The notes beneath the pieces were generated by a model. It was not told the origin of the DNA and did no database searches. It worked only from the letters and a program-made list of their open reading frames with translations. The position numbers and the translations under genes were made by a program. A DNA stretch of 64,000 nt. Source: Candidatus Latescibacterota bacterium. Lineage in GTDB: Bacteria > Latescibacterota > UBA2968. Shown here in pieces: positions 18,478 through 27,591 of this stretch (the stretch's first letter is position 1; every line of letters begins with the position of its first letter). The stretch is taken from positions 1,600,001 through 1,664,000 of the forward strand of contig OZ242010.1 in assembly GCA_965204745.1 (NCBI GenBank), written 5' to 3'.

Positions 18478-20099
18478 CGGTGGAGATGGATGTGCGGAAT
18501 TTACCGATTTGGAAAACGGGCGTGCCGTTTATTTGGTTGACCGGGGGCGCGCTGGCGATTTGTCTGCTGATGATCACGGGGCTGGTCGCGCTGGTTTTGT
18601 ACAATGGCACCGGGTTTTTCTGGCCGTCGGATATCGAGGCCGTGACGCTCAAAGACGGGCAAAAGGCCATGGGGCAACGGTGGGACGAGCAGGAGATTCC
18701 CGCGTCGAGCCGAACCGGGTCCGGCCGCTTTCGCATTCAACTCAAGGTGGGCAACCGCGACGTGTACGGCAGCGATTTTCGGTGGATCGACGAAGCGGAT
18801 ATTCAGGACGCGCAGCATCCCAAAGACGCGGTGGTTTTCGAGCGGCGCGAGTGGGGCAATTTTTACGGGTTTATCAACGCGCTGTACGAAGGGGAGGCCA
18901 GGGTGTCGCACACCTGGGATGCGTTGCAAGGCCAACTGGAGAAGACGCACGCCTTGCACGCGCAGATCAGGGCAATTGAAGAAGACGCGATTGGGGACGT
19001 GAACCGGGAAATTGAAGCCCTGCGCCTCGAGAAGCGCGAGATCGAGTTGCGCGGCGGCAATGCCGATGCCATAGCCGCGATAGACCGGGCGGGCGAGACG
19101 CATTGGGCGCGGTACGAACAACTGGCCGATCAACTCGCGCAGTTGCGCGCGGCCAACGAGCGGTATCGCGTGGAGGTGCGGCTCATCGGCGGGGAAGTGC
19201 GGCAGATCGCCACCGCGGATATTGTGCGCGCCCATCGGCCCAACCGGTTGGGGCTAGGCGGCAAGGTGGGCGTTTATTTGGATCGCGTGGGCGAGTTTTT
19301 GTTCGATGAACCCCGCGAGTCCAATACCGAGGGGGGGATTTTCCCCGCGATTTTCGGCACGGTGATGATGGTGTTTTTGATGAGTTTGGCGGCTGTGCCA
19401 TTTGGGATTTTGGCCGCGCTCTATTTGCGCGAATACGCCCGGCAGGGCACGTTGGTGCGCCTGATTCGCATCGCGGTGAACAATTTGGCCGGCGTGCCTT
19501 CTATCGTTTTTGGGATGTTCGGGCTCGGGTTTTTCGTGTACGGCATTGGCGGGAGCATCGATCAACTCTTTTTCGCCGAGGCATTGCCCACGCCCACTTA
19601 TGGCACGGGCGGCATTTTGTGGGCATCGCTGACGCTGGCGCTGTTGACGGTGCCGGTGATGATCGTTTCCTCAGAAGAGGCCCTGTCCGCTGTGCCGAGC
19701 GATGTGCGCGCGGGGTCATTGGCACTGGGGGCGACGAAGTTGCAGACGATTTTGCGCGTGGTGCTACCGGGCGCGTTGCCGGGCATTCTCACGGGCATTA
19801 TCCTCGTGATTGCGCGCGGCGCGGGCGAGGTGGCGCCGCTGATGATTACCGGCGTCGTGAAATTGGCCCCCGCGCTGCCGGTGGATGGGATTTGGCCCTT
19901 TTTTCACCTCGAGCGCAAGTTTATGCACTTGGGCTTTCACATTTACGACGTGGGGTTTCAGTCGCCCAATGTCGAGGCGGCCCGGCCAATGGTGTACACG
20001 ACGACCCTGTTGCTGATGGGCATTGTGCTGGCGTTGAATCTGGTGGCGATTCTGGTTCGCAATCGCCTCCGCAGACGCGCGGGCGGGCCGACATTTTGA
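18474..20099 (+). CDS. pstA: Phosphate ABC permease PstA
   Basis: PRESNTEGGIFPAIFGT, NLAGVPSIVFG, GAGEVAPL, HIYDVGFQSPN; start may be 18486 or 18492. Confidence 0.95.
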   Translation: MTVEMDVRNLPIWKTGVPFIWLTGGALAICLLMITGLVALVLYNGTGFFWPSDIEAVTLKDGQKAMGQRWDEQEIPASSRTGSGRFRIQLKVGNRDVYGSDFRWIDEADIQDAQHPKDAVVFERREWGNFYGFINALYEGEARVSHTWDALQGQLEKTHALHAQIRAIEEDAIGDVNREIEALRLEKREIELRGGNADAIAAIDRAGETHWARYEQLADQLAQLRAANERYRVEVRLIGGEVRQIATADIVRAHRPNRLGLGGKVGVYLDRVGEFLFDEPRESNTEGGIFPAIFGTVMMVFLMSLAAVPFGILAALYLREYARQGTLVRLIRIAVNNLAGVPSIVFGMFGLGFFVYGIGGSIDQLFFAEALPTPTYGTGGILWASLTLALLTVPVMIVSSEEALSAVPSDVRAGSLALGATKLQTILRVVLPGALPGILTGIILVIARGAGEVAPLMITGVVKLAPALPVDGIWPFFHLERKFMHLGFHIYDVGFQSPNVEAARPMVYTTTLLLMGIVLALNLVAILVRNRLRRRAGGPTF

Positions 20100-20159
20100 A
20101 AGGCGAAATAGGAGCGCGGTGGACTGACCACTGACAACTGCCTTTAAGAAGGAATCGCG

Positions 20160-20972
20160 ATGGCCGCAGAATCCGTTCGGGATGGTGAAAACACACGGAC
20201 CGTTATGCCAGATATTCGGAATCCGATTGTCAAGGTGTCGAATCTGAATTTGTACTACGGCGAGACGCAGGCACTTTTTGAGATTGACCTTCGGATTCCC
20301 GAACACCGGGTAACGGCGTTTATCGGGCCTTCTGGATGCGGGAAATCCACGCTTTTGCGGTGCATGAACCGGCTGAACGATTTGATCGATTCGGTGCGGA
20401 TCGAGGGCGTAGTTGAAATTGACGATGACGATATTTACAGCGCGGGCTACGATGTGATTTCGCTGCGCCGGCGCGTGGGGATGGTGTTTCAAAAGTCCAA
20501 TCCCTTTCCCAAGTCGATTTACGAGAACTTGGTGTACGGATTGCGGATTGCGGGTGAAAATCGGCGGCCCATGCTCGATGAAGTGGTGGAGCGGAGTTTG
20601 CGCGCGGCCGCGCTTTGGGACGAGGTGAAGGATCGGTTGGACAGCAGCGCGCTGGGGCTTTCGGGCGGGCAACAGCAGCGGTTGTGTATTGCGCGCGCGA
20701 TAGCGGTCGAGCCTTCGGTGATTTTGATGGACGAGCCGTGTTCCGCGCTGGATCCGATTGCGACAGGGCGCATTGAGGAAACCATAGAAGAGCTCAAGAG
20801 GGATTATACGATTGTGATCGTGACGCACAACATGCAACAGGCGTCTCGCATTTCGGATTATACGGCGTTTTTCTATTTGGGGCGTTTGATCGAAATGGCC
20901 GAAACGAGCGATATGTTCACCAATCCACAACGCAAACAGACCGAGGATTACGTGACGGGTCGGTTTGGCTAA
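20160..20972 (+). CDS. pstB: Phosphate ABC ATPase PstB
   Basis: [41 protein letters not shown]. Confidence 0.97.
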   Translation: MAAESVRDGENTRTVMPDIRNPIVKVSNLNLYYGETQALFEIDLRIPEHRVTAFIGPSGCGKSTLLRCMNRLNDLIDSVRIEGVVEIDDDDIYSAGYDVISLRRRVGMVFQKSNPFPKSIYENLVYGLRIAGENRRPMLDEVVERSLRAAALWDEVKDRLDSSALGLSGGQQQRLCIARAIAVEPSVILMDEPCSALDPIATGRIEETIEELKRDYTIVIVTHNMQQASRISDYTAFFYLGRLIEMAETSDMFTNPQRKQTEDYVTGRFG

Positions 20973-20987
20973 GAACGGGAGTCAGGT

Positions 20988-21671
20988 ATGGAGCGCACAC
21001 TCGACCAGCACCTCGACCACCTCAAGGGCGAGTTGTTGAAGATGGGCAGCGCGGTGGAAGAATCCATCGAACAGGCGGTGCAATCGCTTGTCGACCGCGA
21101 CAATCGCCTCGCGGATGTGGTTGAAGAAGGCGGGCATCACATTGACGCCTGGGAAGTGGCGATTGAAGAGGAGTGTTTGAAATTGCTGGCCGTGCAACAG
21201 CCCGTGGCCAGTGATTTGCGCTTGGTGGCGGGCATTATGAAGATCAATTACGATCTCGAGCGCATCAATGATCAAGCGGTGAATATCGCGCAACGCGCGC
21301 GCTTGCTCAATCAGATGCCGCAGCTAAAACCCCTGATCGATATTCCGCGCATGGCCGAGTTGGCGCGGCGCATGGTGAAGAATGCCCTCGATGCGTTTGT
21401 CAACCGGGATGTGGCATTGGCGAATGAGGTGCGGCGCATTGACGATACCGTAGATGCGTTGCGCGATCAGATTTTCCGCGAGTTGCTGACCTATCTCAAC
21501 ACGGGCGTACCTTCGACGGTGGATCAGGCGATTTTGCTCATTCTCGTGTCGCGGCATTTGGAGCGCATCGGCGATCATTCGTCCAATATCGCGGAAAATG
21601 TGGTCTATCTCGTGCAGGGGCGCATCGTGCGGCATCAACAGGCGAAATTGCGTGCGGAGAGTGAGAGTTAG
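20988..21671 (+). CDS. phoU: Phosphate signalling protein PhoU
   Basis: QQPVASDLR, DLERINDQA, LERIGDHSSNIAE. Confidence 0.95.
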   Translation: MERTLDQHLDHLKGELLKMGSAVEESIEQAVQSLVDRDNRLADVVEEGGHHIDAWEVAIEEECLKLLAVQQPVASDLRLVAGIMKINYDLERINDQAVNIAQRARLLNQMPQLKPLIDIPRMAELARRMVKNALDAFVNRDVALANEVRRIDDTVDALRDQIFRELLTYLNTGVPSTVDQAILLILVSRHLERIGDHSSNIAENVVYLVQGRIVRHQQAKLRAESES

Positions 21672-21859
21672 TGCGCTCGTCACGCGGTTATTGTATCGCG
21701 ATTGGCACAGGAGGTTTTCTCCCGCTTGGGAACCGGTCTTTGACCCGGTTCCCATTTTTTTGCCCGAATTTGGTTCGGGCTTTTTCGTTGACCGAAAATA
21801 AATCCCGGTGTATTTTGTGGTTTGAGAGTTGTGTCCTGAAAACAAAATGGTTGATTTCC

Positions 21860-22378
21860 TTGTCCAATCGTCTAAAATCCAAAGCCTGGTTTTGCGAGCG
21901 GTGCGGTGCCCCATTGGTTTCAAAAGTCGTTGAAGGCACGGACAGGCCGTGTTGTCCCGCGTGTGGGTTTGTGGCCTATCTCGATCCCAAAGTGGCGGCC
22001 GGGGTGATCGTTACCCTCGCTGATGGCGTGGTGTTGCTCAAGCGCAATATCGAACCCGGGTTTGGCAAGTGGGTGTTTCCGGGCGGATATGTGGATGCGG
22101 GCGAGCCGCCCGAGGTGGCGGCTGTGCGCGAGGCCCGCGAGGAGGCGGGCTTAGAGGTCGAGGTGGAGGACTTGCTCGGGGTGTTTTCTATCGAAGGGGA
22201 GCGCGTGGTGCTGATCGCGTATGCAGGGCGGGTCATGGGCGGAACGTTGGCGGGCAATTTTGAATCGCAAGCCGTGGCGACATTTGCCCCCGAGGATATT
22301 CCGTGGGACGACTTGGCTTTTCACACCACCGAAGCAGCATTAAAAATCTGGGCGCGCAGGCATGGCGCGATGCCCTGA
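21860..22378 (+). CDS. NUDIX hydrolase with N-terminal zinc ribbon
   Basis: FCERCG..CPACG..YLDPKV; Nudix box GGYVDAGEPPEVAAVREAREEAG; start uncertain (TTG 21860 chosen). Confidence 0.88.
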   Translation: MSNRLKSKAWFCERCGAPLVSKVVEGTDRPCCPACGFVAYLDPKVAAGVIVTLADGVVLLKRNIEPGFGKWVFPGGYVDAGEPPEVAAVREAREEAGLEVEVEDLLGVFSIEGERVVLIAYAGRVMGGTLAGNFESQAVATFAPEDIPWDDLAFHTTEAALKIWARRHGAMP

Positions 22379-22399
22379 CTGGCACGGAGAAAGGTGATC

Positions 22400-23323
22400 A
22401 TGCTCAATTCCATCGAAGAGGTCGAGAAGCGGTTTGCCGAGCAGGGGTACATTACGGACCGCACGTTGGCAACGACGATTTTTTTGGCGCAGTCGCTTGG
22501 CAAACCGATTTTTTTGGAGGGCGAACCCGGGGTTGGAAAGACCGAGGTGGCGAAGGTCATGGCGGGTATTTTTGACACGGAGTTGATTCGGTTGCAGTGT
22601 TATGAGGGCATCGATGCCAATACCGCGTTGTACGAGTGGAATTACCCGCGCCAGATGCTGGAGTTGCGCCTCGAGGAAGCGCGGGGTATTGACAAGGCCA
22701 AAATCGGTCAGAATATTTTCCGCGAGGAATTTTTGCTCAAGCGGCCCTTGTTGTCCGCGCTCGAGGGCAGTGCGAATCAGCAACGGGTGTTGTTGATCGA
22801 CGAGGTGGATCGGTCAGACGAGGAGTTCGAGGCGTTTTTGCTGGAAGTGCTGTCCGATTTTCAGATTACGATTCCCGAGATCGGCGCGATTCGGGCGATG
22901 AATGTGCCGTTTGTGGTGCTGACGTCCAATCGCACGCGGGAGTTGCACGACGCGCTGAAGCGGCGGTGTTTGTATTTGTGGATCGACTATCCCTCGTTTG
23001 ACAAGGAAATGGATATCGTGCGGTCGCGCGTGGCCGGCGTGCAAGACGAGTTGGCAGAACAGGTTTGTGGGTTTATGCAGTTGTTGCGGAACCGGGATTT
23101 TTACAAGAAGCCCGGAGTCGCCGAGACGATTGACTGGGCACTGGCGTTGATGGCGATGAAAATCGAGGAACTGGATCCGCAAACCGTGGATGCGACGTTG
23201 GGATGCGTTTTGAAGTACAAGGAAGATATCGAGAAAATTCAGGAAGATGGCTTGCCACAACTCATCGAAAAGGCGCGGTTGCTGAAAGAGCAGGCGCAGG
23301 TGGATGGGGCGAAAGCGTTTTGA
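22400..23323 (+). CDS. MoxR-family AAA+ ATPase (CoxD-like)
   Basis: LEGEPGVGKT, RLQCYEG, LLIDEVDR, TSNRTRELHDALKRRC. Confidence 0.92.
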   Translation: MLNSIEEVEKRFAEQGYITDRTLATTIFLAQSLGKPIFLEGEPGVGKTEVAKVMAGIFDTELIRLQCYEGIDANTALYEWNYPRQMLELRLEEARGIDKAKIGQNIFREEFLLKRPLLSALEGSANQQRVLLIDEVDRSDEEFEAFLLEVLSDFQITIPEIGAIRAMNVPFVVLTSNRTRELHDALKRRCLYLWIDYPSFDKEMDIVRSRVAGVQDELAEQVCGFMQLLRNRDFYKKPGVAETIDWALALMAMKIEELDPQTVDATLGCVLKYKEDIEKIQEDGLPQLIEKARLLKEQAQVDGAKAF

Positions 23324-23368
23324 GTTCAGGCGACCTATTCCCTGCGGGGAAGGTCGGTGGGAGAGGAT

Positions 23369-24505
23369 ATGTCAAAAACCATGCTGGGGCGGGTGGTCGG
23401 TTTTTCGCGGGCATTGCACAGCGCGGGCGTAGAGGTCAACGCGGGCAATTTGATCGATTTGTGCGATAGTTTTCGCTATATCGACCTGCACAATCGGCCC
23501 GATTTTTACGCTGCCGCGCGCGCGACGCTCGTGTCGCGCTTCGACGATTTGGAGACGTTTGACGCGGTTTTTAAGGCGTTTTGGGCGCGGCCCGTTTTGC
23601 CCGACGATCTGACGTTGACGGATACAGAGGCCGGGGGCGATCCGGATCTCGATGTTCAAGCCGATGTCGACGAGGTGGTGGATACCGCGGATTTGCAGGA
23701 GGAGGCCGAGGGGGAAGGCGAGTCCGAGGAGGTGGGGTATAGCCCGGACGAGGCCCTGATGGCAAAGGACTTGGCCGCGATGTCGGATCGAGAGATCGAG
23801 CAGGCCCGCAAGGTGATCCACGAAATTGTGAACATCATCGCCAACCGGCGCAGCCGCAGGCGCGTGCCCGAGAACCGAGGGGCCGAGTTGGATTTCAGGC
23901 GCACCTGGCGGCGCAACGCGCTGTACGGTTCGGATGGCGTGGCATTGATGATGAAGCGGCGGCGCATCAAGAAGACGAAGTTGATGTTGCTGTGCGATGT
24001 GAGCGGGTCGATGGACTGTTACAGCCGGTTTTTGATCCGGTTTATCTACGCGCTCAAGCGCGAAATCCGCGATGTGGAGGTGGGGGTGTTTTCCACGCGG
24101 ATGACCGCCATTTCGCGCTTGCTGAAAACAAAGGGCATCGAGGAATCGCTCGTAGAGGTGGCCGAGACGGTTCACGACTGGGCCGGGGGCACGGATATCG
24201 GCGGGTGTTTGCGCGAGTTCAACGACCGGTTTGCGCGCGATATGTTGCACTCGCGCACCGTGATGATCATCGTGAGCGATGGCTGGGATAGGGGCAACCC
24301 GGATCTGATGCGGCAAGAGATGACGCGCCTGCGGAAGCGCGTCCACAAGTTGCTGTGGCTCAATCCGCTTTTGGGCACGCCTGGGTATCAACCCCTCTGC
24401 TTGGGCATGAAAACCGCGTTGCCCTATCTGGACTATTTTTTGCCCGCACACAATTTGGAAAGCCTGATCCAACTCGCCCGCACCCTGCGGTCTGTTTGGA
24501 AATAG
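23369..24505 (+). CDS. vWA domain protein (CoxE-like)
   Basis: MIDAS CDVSGSM, WAGGTDIG, SDGWDRG, WLNPLLG. Confidence 0.92.
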   Translation: MSKTMLGRVVGFSRALHSAGVEVNAGNLIDLCDSFRYIDLHNRPDFYAAARATLVSRFDDLETFDAVFKAFWARPVLPDDLTLTDTEAGGDPDLDVQADVDEVVDTADLQEEAEGEGESEEVGYSPDEALMAKDLAAMSDREIEQARKVIHEIVNIIANRRSRRRVPENRGAELDFRRTWRRNALYGSDGVALMMKRRRIKKTKLMLLCDVSGSMDCYSRFLIRFIYALKREIRDVEVGVFSTRMTAISRLLKTKGIEESLVEVAETVHDWAGGTDIGGCLREFNDRFARDMLHSRTVMIIVSDGWDRGNPDLMRQEMTRLRKRVHKLLWLNPLLGTPGYQPLCLGMKTALPYLDYFLPAHNLESLIQLARTLRSVWK

Positions 24506-24524
24506 CCGCTCGCCGGAGGCCGAT

Positions 24525-25508
24525 ATGAAGAACAACCCCCTGCCAAGGCTTGACGCATCGCGGCACATAAGGGATGAACTGCTTCCACATTGTCGCCTCC
24601 AACCCGGCGAAATCTGGATCGACAGGGTTCGCGGGCACCGCGTTGGGTGTCTCGATGTTGCCGATAGCAACGCAGTGCAAACCCTCATGGACGGGGAACG
24701 GGCGCGACTGGCGATTCACGACCCGCCGTATAACCTCGCCGCATTTGAACTGCGGTCAATCGCGGAGTTTATCAACTGGTGTCGAAACTGGGTATCCCAC
24801 ACGGATGCCGCGTTGGCGCGCGATTCATCCCTCTATGTTTGGCTAGGGGCCGATCAAAACGAGGGGTTTCAGCCCTTGCCGGATTTTGTGCTCATGATGC
24901 GCGATCATCCATTTCGCCCGCGCAGCTTGATTACCATGCGGAATCAACGCGGCTATGGCACGCAGAAAAACTGGATGGCGATTCGACAAGAATTGCTCTA
25001 TTACATCAAAGGAAATCCGATCTTCAATGTCGATGCGGAATACACCGACATTCCGAAGATCCTCCGCGGATACTACAAAGAAGTCAACGGAAAGAAGATG
25101 GAGAATTTCGAAAGGAGTCGTTCCAATACGATTCGAGCGGGGAATGTTTGGGTTGACATCCAGCAGGTCTTTTATCGGATGGAGGAAAATGTCTCTGGCT
25201 GCTACGCGCAAAAGCCCATAAAGTGCATTGATCGAATCATTCGCGCGAGTTCAATCCCCGACGATCTGGTGATCGACTTTTTCGCGCACTCGGGAACCAC
25301 CTTGCTCGCATCCGAGATCCTCAACCGCAGATGTTTCACGACGGATATCGATCCCATTTATGCCGAGATTGCCATTCGCCGCCTCGAGCGATTCCGCGCA
25401 ACAGGGCGAATGGGATGGCAAAATGGGCATCCTTTTGAAAGCGATGCGCCCGACATCGGGCTTTCTCCAAAACGCCAACCCAAAAAGATGCAAAGAACTT
25501 TGTTTTAA
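24525..25508 (+). CDS. DNA amino-methyltransferase (N4-C/N6-A, beta class)
   Basis: Catalytic DPPY precedes SAM-binding DFFAHSGTT; QKP motif. Confidence 0.9.
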   Translation: MKNNPLPRLDASRHIRDELLPHCRLQPGEIWIDRVRGHRVGCLDVADSNAVQTLMDGERARLAIHDPPYNLAAFELRSIAEFINWCRNWVSHTDAALARDSSLYVWLGADQNEGFQPLPDFVLMMRDHPFRPRSLITMRNQRGYGTQKNWMAIRQELLYYIKGNPIFNVDAEYTDIPKILRGYYKEVNGKKMENFERSRSNTIRAGNVWVDIQQVFYRMEENVSGCYAQKPIKCIDRIIRASSIPDDLVIDFFAHSGTTLLASEILNRRCFTTDIDPIYAEIAIRRLERFRATGRMGWQNGHPFESDAPDIGLSPKRQPKKMQRTLF

Positions 25509-25513
25509 GCCCT

Positions 25514-26245
25514 ATGGAATACCTCCAAGAACAACTCGACTCGTTACTCGCACAACTACCCAATGAGGACGAAATTCGAGATCGAATCAACTCTCTCGTG
25601 TCGGTTTATCCTTTCAATGAATACGAGTACATCATCTCCACATTGCTCGCTATGGATGTTCTGACGCTGGATGGCTATTGCGAATTGCGCGACAATTACA
25701 TCGACAGGAATCTTTACCTCTACATTTTTGAAATCAGCGCGCCCCGTTCCTTTGGAGAGGCTTGGGCACAAGGCCACTTGAAGGAACTCATCCCCGCTCT
25801 CCAAAAACCGTCAAAGAAAATCGATCCAAACTACTCGGGTCAATACGATCTCTATCTCGATGGGATCCGCATTGAAGTCAAAGCATCTCGCGCAGTTGAT
25901 GCAACTATGGACGCGCCACTTTACGTCAAAGCTCTGGCCTCGGATTCGGACAAGGAGTTTTGGATGAATTTTCAACAGGTGAAGCCGAGTTGTTGCGATG
26001 TATTTGTGTGGGTTGCCGTGTGGCGCGATGTCATTCGGTATTGGGTACTGTCTTCAAGCGAAGTCGAAACGAACCCGTATTATTCCAAAGGGCAACACCG
26101 CGGCAATATCGGGGAAGGGCAACTTCACATGAGGCATGATAACATTCGGGATTTCGTGCGTTACGAAGTGAAGCCCAACAAACTGGAAGAAGCAATTCGC
26201 GCAGCATTTGATCGACAAACCCAAGGAAAAGCCGCGCATAGTTGA
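25514..26245 (+). CDS. Putative PD-(D/E)xK restriction endonuclease
   Basis: QYDLYLDGIRIEVKASR motif; 5 bp after the MTase; visibly more AT-rich than flanks. Confidence 0.7.
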   Translation: MEYLQEQLDSLLAQLPNEDEIRDRINSLVSVYPFNEYEYIISTLLAMDVLTLDGYCELRDNYIDRNLYLYIFEISAPRSFGEAWAQGHLKELIPALQKPSKKIDPNYSGQYDLYLDGIRIEVKASRAVDATMDAPLYVKALASDSDKEFWMNFQQVKPSCCDVFVWVAVWRDVIRYWVLSSSEVETNPYYSKGQHRGNIGEGQLHMRHDNIRDFVRYEVKPNKLEEAIRAAFDRQTQGKAAHS

Positions 26246-26311
26246 GCGAGTCATGCGCTGGGTCCGACTCTGGGTTTCTGGCGATTTTACATTTTTTGAG
26301 TGGGTGATGTC

Positions 26312-27436
26312 ATGGCTGGTCAGGATGTTTTTCAAGAGGCGTTGGCCCTGGTTTCGCGGGGTGAGAAGGCGGCGTTATCGACGATTGTGTCGAGCAAGGG
26401 GTCGTTGCCGATGAGCAAAAAGGCCAAGATGCTCGTGCGCGCGGATGGCGAGATGGTGGGCACTGTGGGCGGGGGGTGTTTGGAGGCGGATGTGTGGGCC
26501 GAAGCGCGGCAGGTGATGGAAGCGGGCGTGCCGACCTTGCAGAAGTTTATTTTGACGGAGAAACACGCGGGCGAGAACGGTCTCAACTGCGGGGGCAATG
26601 TCGAGATTTTTACCGAGCCATTGTTGCCCGGGCGTGCAGATGAGATGCTCGACGCGATTGCGCGGGTTCGCAAAGCGAGGGGTTCAGCGGTGTTGGCAAC
26701 GCTGGTTTCGGGCGGAGAGCAGATAGGCGCGAAGTTGTTGATCCATCCCGACGGCAGGAGCGCGGGCGGGTTGGGGCACGCAAAAGCCGAGGCGGGCGTG
26801 CGCGAGGAAGTGGCGGGGCTTGCGGCGATTCCCGAAGATTTGCTCGAGGTGGTGGCGATAGGCGCGGAACCGGCCGTGGTGTTTTTGGAGTCGATCTGCC
26901 CGGAACCCACGCTGTTTTTGTTTGGCGGGGGGCACGTTTCCTTTGCCATTGCGCGAATCGCGCAGTCGGTCGGATTTCGGATTGTGGTGATCGACGACCG
27001 GCCGATGTTCGCCAACAAAGCGCGGTTTCCCATGGCGAGTGAGACCCTGACGTTGGATATGGAGACCGCGTTTGATCACTTGGCGATTGACGATTTGTCT
27101 TATGTGGTGGCGGTGACGCGCGGGCACCAACACGACAAGCCGATCATCGAGCAGGCCGTTAAGACGCATGCGGCGTACATCGGGATGATCGGCAGCCGGC
27201 GCAAGATCGCGCTGATGTGGAAGGAATTGGAGGCCAAGGGCATTCCGCGCGAGAAATTGGACGCGGTTCACGCACCGATTGGGTTGGATATCGGCGCGGA
27301 TACGCCCGAAGAGATCGCGGTGAGCGTCGTGGCTGAACTCATTCAAGCGCGCCGCTCAAGGGGCAAACCCACCCATCGCGGCGTCTCGCTGTCCGCGATA
27401 CGAGGTCGCCATGGCGAGCATCACAAGACGCGCTGA
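26312..27436 (+). CDS. XdhC/CoxI-family molybdoenzyme maturation factor
   Basis: GTVGGGCLEA, GLNCGGNVEI, FGGGHV, VTRGHQHD, YIGMIGSRRK, APIGLDIGADTPEEIAVS. Confidence 0.92.
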   Translation: MAGQDVFQEALALVSRGEKAALSTIVSSKGSLPMSKKAKMLVRADGEMVGTVGGGCLEADVWAEARQVMEAGVPTLQKFILTEKHAGENGLNCGGNVEIFTEPLLPGRADEMLDAIARVRKARGSAVLATLVSGGEQIGAKLLIHPDGRSAGGLGHAKAEAGVREEVAGLAAIPEDLLEVVAIGAEPAVVFLESICPEPTLFLFGGGHVSFAIARIAQSVGFRIVVIDDRPMFANKARFPMASETLTLDMETAFDHLAIDDLSYVVAVTRGHQHDKPIIEQAVKTHAAYIGMIGSRRKIALMWKELEAKGIPREKLDAVHAPIGLDIGADTPEEIAVSVVAELIQARRSRGKPTHRGVSLSAIRGRHGEHHKTR

Positions 27437-27591
27437 ACAAAGTCGCTGATGGGCGTTGCGACACGCGATACAGGTGATCTTGAGGCCGTTTTGAAAAAAT
27501 AAGGAGGTGATATGAGCGTAGAGATGCGAATGGGTTGTGCGGTTCCGATTTTTGGATGTGTTTTGGTCGTTCTTTTTGAAGGGAGGAAGTC

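Noticed and set aside
22380-22394. Sigma54 promoter TGGCACG before the MoxR gene
   Set aside because: No TTGC at -12 and it overlaps the RBS
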